64,000 bases of DNA from Macrostomum lignano. Taxonomy: Eukaryota. The notes under the pieces are model-generated. The model was not told the DNA's origin. It did no database searches and saw only the letters and a program-made list of their open reading frames with translations. The first letter of the stretch is position 1. Every line of letters starts with the position of its first letter. This document shows positions 13,759-24,884 of this stretch, piece after piece. Both the position numbers and the translations under genes were made by a program. The stretch is taken from the NCBI GenBank assembly GCA_002269645.1, contig NIVC01000306.1, positions 1-64,000 of the forward strand. The letters are read 5' to 3'.

Positions 13759-14018
13759 GGGCCTTTTCATATTACCAATTCCAGAACCAGAATCGGTTCG
13801 GAATTCCAAGAAAAACAGCAGTATAACTATTAAACTCTGTTAATATTTGACTGCCTTAACAACCTAACTTCGCACAATTTTTCACTTTCTTCTTGGCGAT
13901 TGTCATTCAATAATAAAAACTTTATAGCACGTATCTCCCTCTAGTTATGGAGACAAAAAGTTATACTTTACAAATTGGCTCTGGTTCTGGAACCAGAGCA
14001 AGCAATATGAAAAGGCCC
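13759..14018. mobile_element. PIF/Harbinger-like MITE, copy 2 (260 bp)
   Basis: TIRs GGGCCTTTTCATATT / AATATGAAAAGGCCC with AAG on both flanks (13756-58, 14019-21), a 3-bp TSD. The superfamily is inferred from GGGCC termini plus the 3-bp TSD. Confidence 0.7.
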
Positions 14019-14222
14019 AAGGACGGGAAACTTCGTTTCTTAGAAAATTTTAAAAGGCAGGTTTTCCCGAAAAAATAATACACTATACGTCGGAGATAGG
14101 AAGCTTTCATTTTTTAGCACAAAAATTGCTATTGCTTTTGATAGGAGGCAGATCCAGTGTTCACATTTTGATATGTTGTGCCTTTCTTATTGCTCTATTG
14201 ATATTCATAAAGTTTATCGTTC

Positions 14223-14503
14223 AAAGAATTAGGATTCTAGGTGAATTTTTTATTCTACGTACATTTCCTGTACCTAAAAATCATAAAAATGCATGGCACA
14301 GCTCGAATCTTTGGTTTTATGAATCCATTTTATCATCTCTGTTACAAATATTTGTTACAGAGTCAGCTAAGAATGATAAAATAGACTCATAAAACCAAAA
14401 ATCTGAGCCGCGCTATTTTAATGGTTTTTAGGCACAAGATATATATTTTATACGTGCAAATATGTACATAGAATGAAAAATTCACATAAAATCCTAATTC
14501 TTT
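14223..14503. mobile_element. ~280-bp palindromic (foldback) MITE-like element
   Basis: Arms aaagaattaggatt..gtgaattttt..tctacgtaca..cctaaaaa..ttggttttatga..ttttatcat are mirrored around a central ctctgttacaaat/atttgttacagag. No TSD recognised. Confidence 0.65.
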
Positions 14504-14525
14504 AAATAAAGTTCAAGAAGGCCTG

Positions 14526-14967
14526 GGCAATCTTCTAGTTTCGCACATTTAATTCAAACTGTTTTTAAAATGACAGTTAACGACAGTTTTGTTTTCTGTT
14601 TTATGCCTCAGATGGCATAATAGTGCGCCACCCAGAAAAGGATGTTCCCAAAGATATTGCACAGGTGGCAACGACGCCAGAGAAATTCGTCCAAGTGGGT
14701 GTCGAACAGGGCCTTGGATGTGCCATGCATGGCCCTAAAAGTAAAACGGGCCTTAGTGTGGGCCCATGTGCCCTCCACTGTGTTTGTATGGACTTCTAGG
14801 TGGTTAGGGTCCACAAAGTGCAGCTGGTGGTTCAGCAGCAGGTCATAGGTCTGGGACCAGAATGATAGTTGTTGGTGCTGCAGGGTGCCTAGCTATGATT
14901 GCTTTGTTGAAAATAATTAAAAATGCTTTAAAATAATTAAACGTGTAAAACTAGAAGATTGATTGCC
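14526..14967 (-). mobile_element. Merlin (IS1016/IS1595-related) DNA transposon, internally deleted, 442 bp
   Basis: TIRs GGCAATC..TTCTAGTTT..CAC.TTTAATT and an 8-bp TSD AAGGCCTG (14518-25, 14968-75). The minus strand encodes a transposase remnant (IIARH..PTTII / LNHQLHFVDPNHLEVHTNTVEGTWAHTK...HLDEFLWRR) with the ISXO2-like HTNxxExxW and EFxWR motifs. Confidence 0.85.
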
Positions 14968-15339
14968 AAGGCCTGAAATGGCAATAGACAAAATGGCAGC
15001 AGATGAAACGACTGTCAACCATAACTATTGGTGTATTATAGGAACTAGAAGGTATAGGCCCTAGGAACTATTGAATAAGTTAATAATACTATTTTGTATG
15101 ATGTGTAGGATGTCAAGTGTATAGCCTCTAAATTGCAATTGGGATTGGAGAGAAATAGCTCATTATAATAGGGCCATTGTTCATATTGTATATGTTGGGT
15201 CTAATGTTGTAAAAATTATAATACTTCACAATTGTTCTGGCCTAATTTTATAATTAATAATTTATTAATAATATTACTATTTAGCTAATTATAGCTTTAT
15301 ATTATATATAAAAATTGAATATAACATTTTATAAATCTC

Positions 15340-15615
15340 TACCTATAAAAATCAAAACTCTGTGTGTGTGTGTGTGTGTACAAATTACTTCGCTATGGAC
15401 TCCCAAACCGCTCTACCAATTCACACCAAATTTTGCACCCACCCTAAATTCCCTATGGAAAGTGTCATAGGCTACCTTAAAATTTCCTAAGTTTGAGTCT
15501 TTCCTATATACTAAAAATAAAAATCTTGCTTGTATGTTTGTACAAAATTTATTTTCTCCTGACTGGCTTAACCAATTTTCATGAGACTTGCACTGTTCGA
15601 TCAGAAATTTTCCTG
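15340..15615. mobile_element. Helentron/HINE-like non-autonomous element(s)
   Basis: ctacctataaaaat..(TG)n..aaaccgctctaccaatt..accaaattt architecture; a 25-bp exact match (acttgcactgttcgatcagaaattt) to 53203-53227. Classification is by resemblance to DINE-1/HINE layout only. Confidence 0.45.
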
Positions 15616-16116
15616 TGAGGGTACATGTGTCTTGGCTAAGAAATTGCTCAATGCTAAAGGGATTAAATATTCAAAAAACATGCTTTTTTGCAAAGGTCAA
15701 GCATACTTTTTGACTTGAAATGCATTGTAAGAATGCTAGTGAAAAAAACTGACTGGTTGAATTTCAATTCTGAAATAGATTGCATCATAACTGAATTGTA
15801 ACTCCCAACTTGAATTGCGTCACAGTATTAAAAATGCAGTGTAGAAGCGTAGCACTAGATGTGATTTAGATTGCGTAACCATATTGTCAACTTTAATTGA
15901 GACTGATACTGACTTGCCTGGGAAATTGATTATGTCATAACTGCTTCGTGAGTGAGTGTTGAATTATATAAGTGCTACAATTTCATTTATAAATTCGATT
16001 ATAGCTAGCCTAGATGTGAACAGACTGGACTGCAAATGCAGCGACCTGGGTTCAAATCTTAGTAGTGAAAAGTTTTTTTTATTAAAAGCTTTTAATAAAG
16101 GACAAATAAAAGACAA

Positions 16117-16670
16117 AAGGCGTCATGTAAACAATCATAGAAGCATCATGTAAACAATCATAGAAGCGTCATGTAAACAATCATAGAAGCGTCTTGTAAA
16201 AATCATAGAAGCGTCATGTAAAATATCATAGAAGCATCATGTAAAATATCATAGAAGCGTCATGTAAACAATCCTAGAAGCGTCATGTAAACAATCATAG
16301 AAGCATCATGTAAAATATCATAGAAGCGTCATGTAAAAGATCATAGAAGCGTCATATAAAAAATCATAGAAGGGTCATGTAAACAATCATGGAAGCGTCA
16401 TGTAAAAAATCATAGAAGCATCATGTAAAAAATCATAGAAGCGTCATATAAAAAATCATAGAAGCGTCATGTAAACAATCATAGAAGCATCATGTAAAAA
16501 ATCATAGAAAAGTCATGTAAGCAATAATGGAAGCCTTATATAAAAGTAATGGAAGTGTCATTTGAAAAATCATAGAAGCATCATGGAAGAATAAAAGAAG
16601 CGTCATGTAAAAATCAAATGAAGCGTCATGTCAGACATGAAAGAAGTGTCATGTAAAAATTAAATGAAGC
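16117..16670. repeat. 23-24 bp minisatellite (ATGTAAACAATCATAGAAGCGTC), decaying rightwards
   Basis: Direct tandem units visible. Confidence 0.93.
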
Positions 16671-17169
16671 TATTGTGCTGTGCTGGGGAGACTTACTGAG
16701 CTGTCAAGGCTTACGGAGAATAACTGAGATTATGGGGGGGGGGTTTCTGAGATGTCAAAGCAAAAGTCAGAAACTACTTCAAAGTACATGTACTTTACTC
16801 AATTTTTTATTACATTCTTTGTTGGCCCGCCACGGGGGCACTGATAGAAGAAAAGTCATGTAAAAAAGAAAAGAAGCACTTTGTATACATAAGACTGAAT
16901 ATACATAGCAAATGTACAGTGTTTTGGATATAACTTTATTTATAGCCTTCTCGCAATCTCGCACCCCAAGAGTGGAGAGGCTACGTTTAGCCATGACAGT
17001 TCAGTGAGAAATTCTAACCACTGCCCTCCCCTCTGTATTGGCAAACTCTGCAGCAGTTTAACAGTGGATGGCAATTGGCAAATCGAGGGAATCCAGCATG
17101 GTTTGTTAAAGCGAAACATTTATGAAAAGGCGATGAGATGCAATGCAATACAACCCTACTAAATTAGGC

Positions 17170-17470
17170 ACACCATGAAAATTTTAGGGTTCTTTTAAAG
17201 GTACTGTGTAAATATTAAATGGCCTCCTAAGAAATGCATATTTCCTTGGTTGTTAGACTGATGCAGACTGCAGTCAGCAGTGGAGCTGAAGATATACAAA
17301 TTCCTTTCAGGGCTGCAAATTGGCAAGAAAGATGACGTGATCAAAGCATGAGAACAACCATGAGAGTACTATGTCCCACAAACTGGCTTTCCAAGCAGGG
17401 ATGGGTAGACTTTTACCTCAAAGGCCAGATAAAGAATCCAGCTCATAGCTGAGGGGCAGATGAAAGTGGA
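17170..17470. repeat. Decayed dispersed repeat, copy 2 (coding-like remnant)
   Basis: Inverted homolog of 3790-4145. One plus frame reads SAVELKIYKFLSGLQIGKKDDVIKA*..EYYVPQTG with stops. Confidence 0.55.
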
Positions 17471-18545
17471 AAGAAGAAGGAATAGATGATTCAAAGAGAG
17501 GAGAGGCAACAGAGGGGATAAAAGAAAAAATAAAAGATAATAGGAGAGATGAGGGGGTGAGGACGATGAGAGAGAGGGGGAGAAGAGGGGAGAGAGGAAA
17601 AGCGAGAGGAGAGAGTAGAGATGAGAGAGCAGAAAGCTGCAGATGAGAGGAGAGAAGAGACAGCAGAGAGGAGAGCAGAGAGGAAACAGGTGAAAGAAGA
17701 GATGAGAGAGTAAAGGGAAGAGAGAAGAGATAAAGATACATCTCTACATCTCTAAGGTTGTAGAGATGAGAGAGGTGGAAGGAGAGATGAGAGAGGTGGA
17801 AGGAGAGATGAGAGATAATGGAGAGAGCAAAGTGGAGTGAGAGAAGAGAGGGAGACAGAGTATAGAAAAGGGAAGAGAAGAAAAAAGAAAAAAGGAGAAA
17901 GGAAAGTGAGGAGTCAAAAGAGGGGAAAGAAAAGAATACAGAGGAGAGAGGTGAGAGAACATATAAGACAGAGATGCCAGATTAAAGAGGGAGATGAGAG
18001 AGCAGAGACGAGAGTGAACAGATGAAAGATGGGAGAGTAAAGAGAACAGAGGAGAGGTTACAGAGACGAGAGGAGAGAGGAGAGACAAAGGTAGAGAAGT
18101 GAGTGAGGAGAGGGGAGAGGAAAGAGGAGAATGGAGAGGGGAGAGAGTAGAGAAAGGAGGAGAGATAACAGAGAAGAGAGAGAGAGAGGGAGCAGAGAGA
18201 AATGAGAAGAGATAAGAGAGAAAAGATAAAAGAAGAGAAAGGAAAGATGAAAGAGCAAAGATGAGAGAGAAAAGAGGTGAGGGAAGAGACGAGAGAAGAG
18301 GGGAGAGATGAGAGAGTAGAGGAGAGAGTTTAAGAGAAGAGAGAAAATAATAGAAAGGAGAAGGAAGATAAGAGAGAAAAGGGGGTGAGAGGAGAGAGGA
18401 GAGGGGGAGAGAGGAGAGAGAAAAGAAGAGACAAGAGATGAGATAAGAGAGATGAAAGAGAAGAGAGATGAGGGAAGATACAAGAGAAGAGAGGAGAGAC
18501 GAGAGACGAGGGACGAGAGAGATGAGAGGAAACCAAGAGATGATA
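17460..18545. repeat. GA-rich low-complexity polypurine tract
   Basis: More than 1 kb of almost pure A/G on the plus strand. The Leu/Ser ORFs on the minus strand are artefacts. Confidence 0.95.
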
Positions 18546-20154
18546 GAAATTTTAAAGGATCCAAGGGACGTAGGGAGAGTCAGGGAGAGACCAGAGTTTA
18601 GCAATATATGTTTTAGAGTCAGACAGACATTGCCTGACATTCTGCGCAGTACCCCAGCCAACAATGTCTCAAACCCTAATTTTACACAAATGTGCTCCAT
18701 TTTATGTCTACCTCTATCCTACTAACTATTAACAAGTTTTTGTTTGTGTATGGCCTTAGATTTCAGAATACATGCAAAAGTAGTTCAGGGTATTGGAATT
18801 CCCCGGGTTCAAAATCCCCAGGTTTCAATAGCTTGTAAACAATAAAATAGACTCTTTTCTTCAATACTCTAAATGCTAAACATTGCATTGGTATTACTGA
18901 CAATGGCAATTTCTATAAGGGATTGGTCTTAGTCTCTTGTTAGCCCAAAAGAGCAATTCAAAACTTGCTAAATAAATAGTAGAGCTATGTGGCTTTGACC
19001 ATTTTTGGACATGTAGGTAGGAATTGACCATGATCAGGGTCATGATCATGACAAAAATGGTGATCTTTCATATTAGATATAGGGGCCTATTTAATTTTTT
19101 TTTGTGAATTTCTTATATAATTTTTTATAAGTTCTATCTTTAATGCCTACAGTTTATAATCAATGTGATAATAAGATAGAAAGCTGATTCTGGTACCCTA
19201 AGATTTTGAAATCAAGGCGGAAGTAACTAAAAAGGTCAGAGTTTTAGTCAAAGAATATCCTTTTTATGATTATTTGCTTTATCTATATCTATATTATATA
19301 TGAAACAAGTATATATTTTATCTATATAAAACAAGCGCCTATACCCTTATTAGTTAACTTTTTAAAATAAAAAAGTAGTTGTTAGGTGTCTATCTTGACT
19401 ATGGCAATTTTGGAAGTGAGAATTCGTGGAAATATTATTTATAAATATCCAATGTACAAAAAATGGTCTATTGCTAAGTATGTGGATAGGTAAGTGATCA
19501 ATTTAGAGTTTTAATTAAAATTTATTATATATTTATTGTATCATTTTGCCAATTTCACTAAATAACAAATTGCTTTGCTTTATTATTTTTTCTCCTTTTT
19601 GTTTCTTATTATTTCTCAAAATGGAAGAATACTTGTATATTCCTATATCCCATAGATATGCTACTATAAGAGCAAATCAAGGTATTTAAGGTTAAAAAAT
19701 CCTGTTTTTTTGCTTGAGATTGGCTTATAAAAAATCTACAAAGTTTTTGTAACTTAATAATACTATTGCCAATATTAGTCAACAAGCATTTTGGAAAGCA
19801 CAAGGATCTTTGTTCATACATGTTTTATCCAAAATCTGTTACACAAAGCTTTTTACTGTTGCTATCAAAAGAAATTGTTCTTACTAAAGAGGCATTTAAT
19901 TGATTGACTAAATTGACTGCTAAACTATATATTATAGTTTGGAATTTTTAAAAATCCAACTCTATATGGTTATGTCTAAGAAGCAAAGTGTTAAAAACTT
20001 TGTAACAATAAATATCTACTCAAGCTCATTTTTGGCAAACTACAAAATTCTTTTCTGCAGGCAAATGCATATGGGTTAAGACCCTTTTTTAAGACAGATT
20101 GGCTTTTTTTAACTAAGCAAAGTGGTATAACTCAATCTTTTTAGAATCCTTATC

Positions 20155-21484
20155 TAGTGTTGGGCAAAATCCTAGCACTTCTGGCACTTTTAATACCAGA
20201 AGATACTTTTTTAAAGTGGTAGTTTTTTCCAGTTCTTTTTTTTCAGAATGCTTGACTTGGGTAATGGAAGTTACTTTTTGATAAGTCCAGTCCTCCGGTA
20301 CTTAAAAATGAAATTTTAGGTACCAAACAGCCAATTTAGCACTAAAATATTTCCCCAAAGTTTCACCAAAATACTTATAGTACAGGTAAGTATGAAAAGG
20401 TAAAAAAGAGATTATTCTAGATCATGCGGTTTTTACTTTTTAAGTTAAGGCACATTTTAAGCATTATAGAATCATAGAATTAAAGTAATAATTGGTAACT
20501 ACTAATGCTAAAACAAGAAACTTTCAGAACAATAAAACATCCTTTAACAACACCTTGCAAGTTTTCTTACAAGGATAACTAGCAGTACATCAGGACACTA
20601 CAATCTTGATCTGTAGAAAATTTTTGAAGGCCAATTTCTTAATTTTGATACTTGTGCAGGTGCAGGACAACATGAGTGATGCATTCTAAGTGTTTTGACG
20701 TTTAACTCTTTTGAGGCTAATTATAATTAATTTTCTAATTGCAGCTAGCGTATGGCACTAAATCAAGTTATTTAAAGTCTTGTGCATTGGTCCATCTATA
20801 AAATTCTAGCTATTTGTTGTCTTGGTATCTTTTTTCTTAATTGTTAACTGGCATTTCCAAGTCTGGTAAAAGATTATCATTGATTTTAAATGAGTCAGTT
20901 GTACAAAAGTATATTTACACTACTGAAAAAGTATAGCTGCTATAAAATTATAGCACAATACTAGTAGGACAACTAGAATGACCCACACAAACTAAAAGTC
21001 CTCTAAACTATTCTACTTATTGCAACACACACACACCTATTTGACAAAAATTATCTCCATATAGTACTTCAGAAGAGTCAGAATCAACACTTGAAAATTG
21101 GCCTCTAAATTTTTTTTCTACAAATTGCAAGTGTAGCCTCCTGATATATCCGATAGTACTAATTCTTGTTTTGTAAAGTTTTTTACTCAAATTTTGTATG
21201 CAATGATACAAGTAATAAATAATATTATGTAGCATCTTTATTTGAGGAATAACAGTTTGTTTAACTCTAGACCAATACATACTTTTTGTTTTTTTCATAA
21301 AGACATGTTTGAGCACTTTTTAATTGGTGGTTCATTAAAATTAGAAAGGACCAGTAATGGAAGTATTGGAAGTTACTTTTTACAAAAAGTACTGGTACTG
21401 AAACAAGTGCCAGAAGTTACTTTCCTTGGAACTGGAAGTTACTAAACCAGAAGTTACTTTTTCAAAGTAATTTTCCCAACACTG
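20155..21484. mobile_element. Non-autonomous hAT element (1330 bp)
   Basis: TIRs TAGTGTTGGGCAAAA / TTTTCCCAACACTG, a perfect 8-bp TSD TCCTTATC (20147-54, 21485-92), and subterminal (g)aagttacttt repeats. Confidence 0.88.
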
Positions 21485-21694
21485 TCCTTATCAAAATAAA
21501 TATTAGTATCAGAATTTAATGATTTAGCTTCATTAAAGGCTTCAAAATTATTAGCTTTAGTAATCAGCAATCATCTTGGAAGTTTCCCAATATTCACTGT
21601 AAATGGACTAAAATTAGCTCATTAGCTTAATAGCCTACTTGCAGTAGGAAATTAGTGCATAGTTTAAATAACAAAATTTCTTTAATCTTTACAG

Positions 21695-22294
21695 CAGCAG
21701 ATTCTGTCGAAAACCTGCGGATTCTGCCATTGTCAACTTGTTGGCATTGGCCGCCTCCTAGGTAGAAGCTTTGCAACTGCTCAGTCGCAGACTCAAGCCC
21801 TGAAAGATGGCTCAGAGATTCTAGTTTACAATGTGCCAGTACGTAGTCGGCTGCGCAGATTTCAACAACTCTATGCTGGATTAGCAGCCAGCGGTATCAT
21901 CATTGCTAGCAGTAGCAGCGGTCTGTTGGCTTACTACCAGCTGTACAAAGGCAAACGAAACGAACTGTTAAGTTGGATGTGCACTATTAGTCTGACAATT
22001 GTACTGCCAGCATCTGCTTATTTTGCTCATCGCAGTCTGATTGCGCCGAAACGCGTGGTTCGTAGTGTGTTGCTTAGCCCCGATGGGGCTACGGTGACAG
22101 TTATTCCACTAAGCATGCTGTTTAAGAAGCCTGTTATCGCTCCGGTGTCTAGCCTAGCCATCTCAGATATTGGCCACAGGCATGTTAAATTTACTATAAA
22201 AAATCCTGGCGGACCAATCAAGTTTAGTCTGTTAACTGAGACTGTGTTTATCCAGCATCGACCGTTGTTTCGTAAACTGTTTAGAGCTAGCTGA
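21695..22294 (+). CDS. TMEM70/TMEM186/TMEM223-family mitochondrial 2-TM protein (TMEM223-like); exon lacks its own ATG
   Basis: The frame is open from the acceptor tttacAG (21693-94): QQILSKTCGF...RLLGRSFA (presequence-like)...ILVY...two TM helices...RVVRSVLLSPDGATVTV (cf. TMEM223 RSVRSVVLRAGGQQVTL)...RPLFRKLF. There is an in-frame TAA at 21683-85. Confidence 0.6.
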   Translation, partial: QQILSKTCGFCHCQLVGIGRLLGRSFATAQSQTQALKDGSEILVYNVPVRSRLRRFQQLYAGLAASGIIIASSSSGLLAYYQLYKGKRNELLSWMCTISLTIVLPASAYFAHRSLIAPKRVVRSVLLSPDGATVTVIPLSMLFKKPVIAPVSSLAISDIGHRHVKFTIKNPGGPIKFSLLTETVFIQHRPLFRKLFRAS

Positions 22295-23541
22295 TTTTAT
22301 TTGTCTTGTAGTTGTTTGTTTTGCATTTTCTGACTGCAGAGAAATGTTTGATAATTTGTGTGCTAGCAATAAATGAGTAGCACAACCGTTTGTAAAAGTG
22401 CTCAGTTTTTGACCAACAGATACGAGAATAATTAGATGGGCCAATCAGCACATTTGCGTGTAAGCTACTTTCAGTTCAGTAGTAAGTTGAACAGAAGCAT
22501 TTTAATGTATTTTTAAAGCCAAAGCTCATTTATTGGCTCTTCCCCCCTACCTTAAACCCTTCCACCGCGCCTTTCCACACTACCCCCCTCGTCCCGCCTC
22601 AATTTTTATTGCCTTTCTCGGAATTCCAGCCTAAAGCTGCCATGTACATTTTAGTGGCTAATGTACATTATTGCTGAACCAATTAGCAAATTGTTTACGC
22701 CTGAAAGCTTGGCCTTCTAAACTTATCAAATTCATTTCAGCTGACTTTATTTTTATAAAATAGCCTCTGTATTCTTCTTTGCTACTGAAATGAAAGTATA
22801 GGAAGCTGTACTACTAAGTATATATGCCTGAGTGGCCCATCTTGTTATTTTAGAATTTGTGGTTTGAGCAAACTATCGTCTCTTTGTTCTTACTCATTAA
22901 GAATCCACTTTAGAGACAAGTAGTGCGTAATGTAGAAGTTTATATTACTTTTCCAGGTTTAATAATGCCTCAAACTATGAAGACTTGCTTACCATCAGTA
23001 GCATTACCGTTACGTGAGCAAAAATTATTAATAACAGAGTTTTAGAGCTAAAAAACCTCATTTTGTACTTACAATATATGTAGATCAATCAAGTTAAATC
23101 ATAACTTAGCCAGATAATATAAACGGTTTAATCACCGAATTTATCAGTGTTGCAGATGACTATGTAGTATTAGACAAAGAAAAGTGGTTGAAAAATTGAA
23201 TCAGTTTCATTGAGTTTAAATTTCTCCTACCATATGCACATCAGCTATTGAATTAGAAAGTAGTAGTTTATGGTCTATTTAATACAAATAGCAAATAATC
23301 TGCAACTAGAAATTGATTGTATTCTGTTGTATCGATGCTGATTTGTACTCAATACAAAAATGTAACACAATATATATTTCAAGGTATAGCAGCACACTTT
23401 AGCAATCTAATTTTAGTTGCTGACTTTTGTCTATGGCCGAAATGTTAGCTCGGGTACAAATGGTCAGTAAGTTTGGTGGCTGACTTAGAAAATCTCGAGA
23501 AGGTGCCAAGTTTAATAAATAATTTGTCTGACTAAATCGCC

Positions 23542-24393
23542 ATGGCTTTCACTGGCTATTACGACGCTATCAGTATAGTTCTGGCAACAAAACTATTCAT
23601 ATTTTCAATTGTCGCCGCGTTCACTGACTATTGGCATCCGGCATTCTATGCTAGCATTGTTAGCGCCAGTGTTGCAGTGATTATGTCTACTATATTCATA
23701 GCCATGCTGCTAGCCATTGCTAATCTATTGGTTTTACTACTGGCCGTGTTTGTTACCGAAGCTGTTCGTAGCGTTGCAATGTTTACTACGGGAGCTTGCG
23801 CAATATTTTACACCCTTGCTATGCTAGTGTTCAGCAGTAGCCTAGTTGGCTTAGCTTCACCATGGCTAATGGTTATGCTACCGTGTCCGTTGATTGTATT
23901 AGCCGCGCATCAGCTACTAATACGGCTCGGCCGTTTAGAGCAGGATTGTCCGGTGTACAAGTTTGCTAGTAGTATTGTATTGTCCTTCCTGTGCCTGCTC
24001 AGCGTGTGCCTAAAGCACTGGTGGATTGTTAGTAAAGATGGTAGCGCTGATGCGGTCTCTCGCACAGTCGGCCTATTCAGCGTGCCAAATGTTGCAGTAA
24101 AGATCACGGCTTTACTAACGTTTGCTTGTCTAATTGCTCTATTTGTTGTATGCGGCTTGGCCTTGGCTAGAGAGCGTCAGTGGATCTCAGAGAGTCCAAG
24201 ATGCGATAGCGTGACGCAGTACCTCGTTATTGGTAGTTGCGTTGCTGCACTTCTACTGTCTACCATCACCGCTAGTGCCTATTGCTCAGTGGCCTATTAT
24301 AGTAACTCACTATTGGCCCCGGTCTGTTTTGTTGATGCCGTCATGGGTCTACTATATCAGCTGTTTAGCGCCAATGTTCTGTCTGCACAGTAA
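23542..24393 (+). CDS. 283-aa intronless ~8-TM protein, possibly two fused claudin/PMP22-like tetraspan modules
   Basis: Clean ATG-to-TAA ORF with about 8 hydrophobic segments. Each half has TM1 ending in W (AAFTDYW; SVCLKHWW) and a TM4-like end (LASPWLMV..PLIVLA; YSNSLLAPVCF). The second half has W...GLF. Confidence 0.7.
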   Translation: MAFTGYYDAISIVLATKLFIFSIVAAFTDYWHPAFYASIVSASVAVIMSTIFIAMLLAIANLLVLLLAVFVTEAVRSVAMFTTGACAIFYTLAMLVFSSSLVGLASPWLMVMLPCPLIVLAAHQLLIRLGRLEQDCPVYKFASSIVLSFLCLLSVCLKHWWIVSKDGSADAVSRTVGLFSVPNVAVKITALLTFACLIALFVVCGLALARERQWISESPRCDSVTQYLVIGSCVAALLLSTITASAYCSVAYYSNSLLAPVCFVDAVMGLLYQLFSANVLSAQ

Positions 24394-24884
24394 ACACACT
24401 GTTAGACTTTTAGTGATTAGTCTATTAAAAAAGAGAATCAACATGAAAACTTGTGCTTTGATTCTTTTATTAAATAAACAAATCTAAATAACATCTAACA
24501 TCTGGTTTTGTACAGGATTTTGGTTTCATGGCTAGTACGTAAATGTAATATACAACTACAATATCTAGCATCTTTCTTGAACGAGTACTTTACTTACAGT
24601 TCAAGTAGAAGAATATTACTACTTTAGTAGTTCTTCTACTCTACTAACAGTAGAAATAATAGAAAAGTAAGAGAACAATGAAATAAAAAAATATGTTAAG
24701 TTTTTAGTCACGCGCAATAATAGACTCGTAAATTTACAATGTTATATTTGCTTTTTGATTGTCTCGGTCATTGTAACTTATCGGTAGAAATATCAGTGTC
24801 AGTTCAATTTCTAGTCAAGAGCAAAGGGACACTTATAGGGGAAGGTTAGCATCAGAAAGTTAAGTTTCAATCATCCATATCGAT

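Noticed and set aside
14608-14814. IS1595-like peptide as bacterial contamination or HGT
   Set aside because: It is embedded in host DNA with TIRs and an 8-bp TSD typical of eukaryotic Merlin elements.
17418-18725. Leu/Ser-rich membrane ORFs
   Set aside because: Translation artefacts of a GA/TC low-complexity tract.
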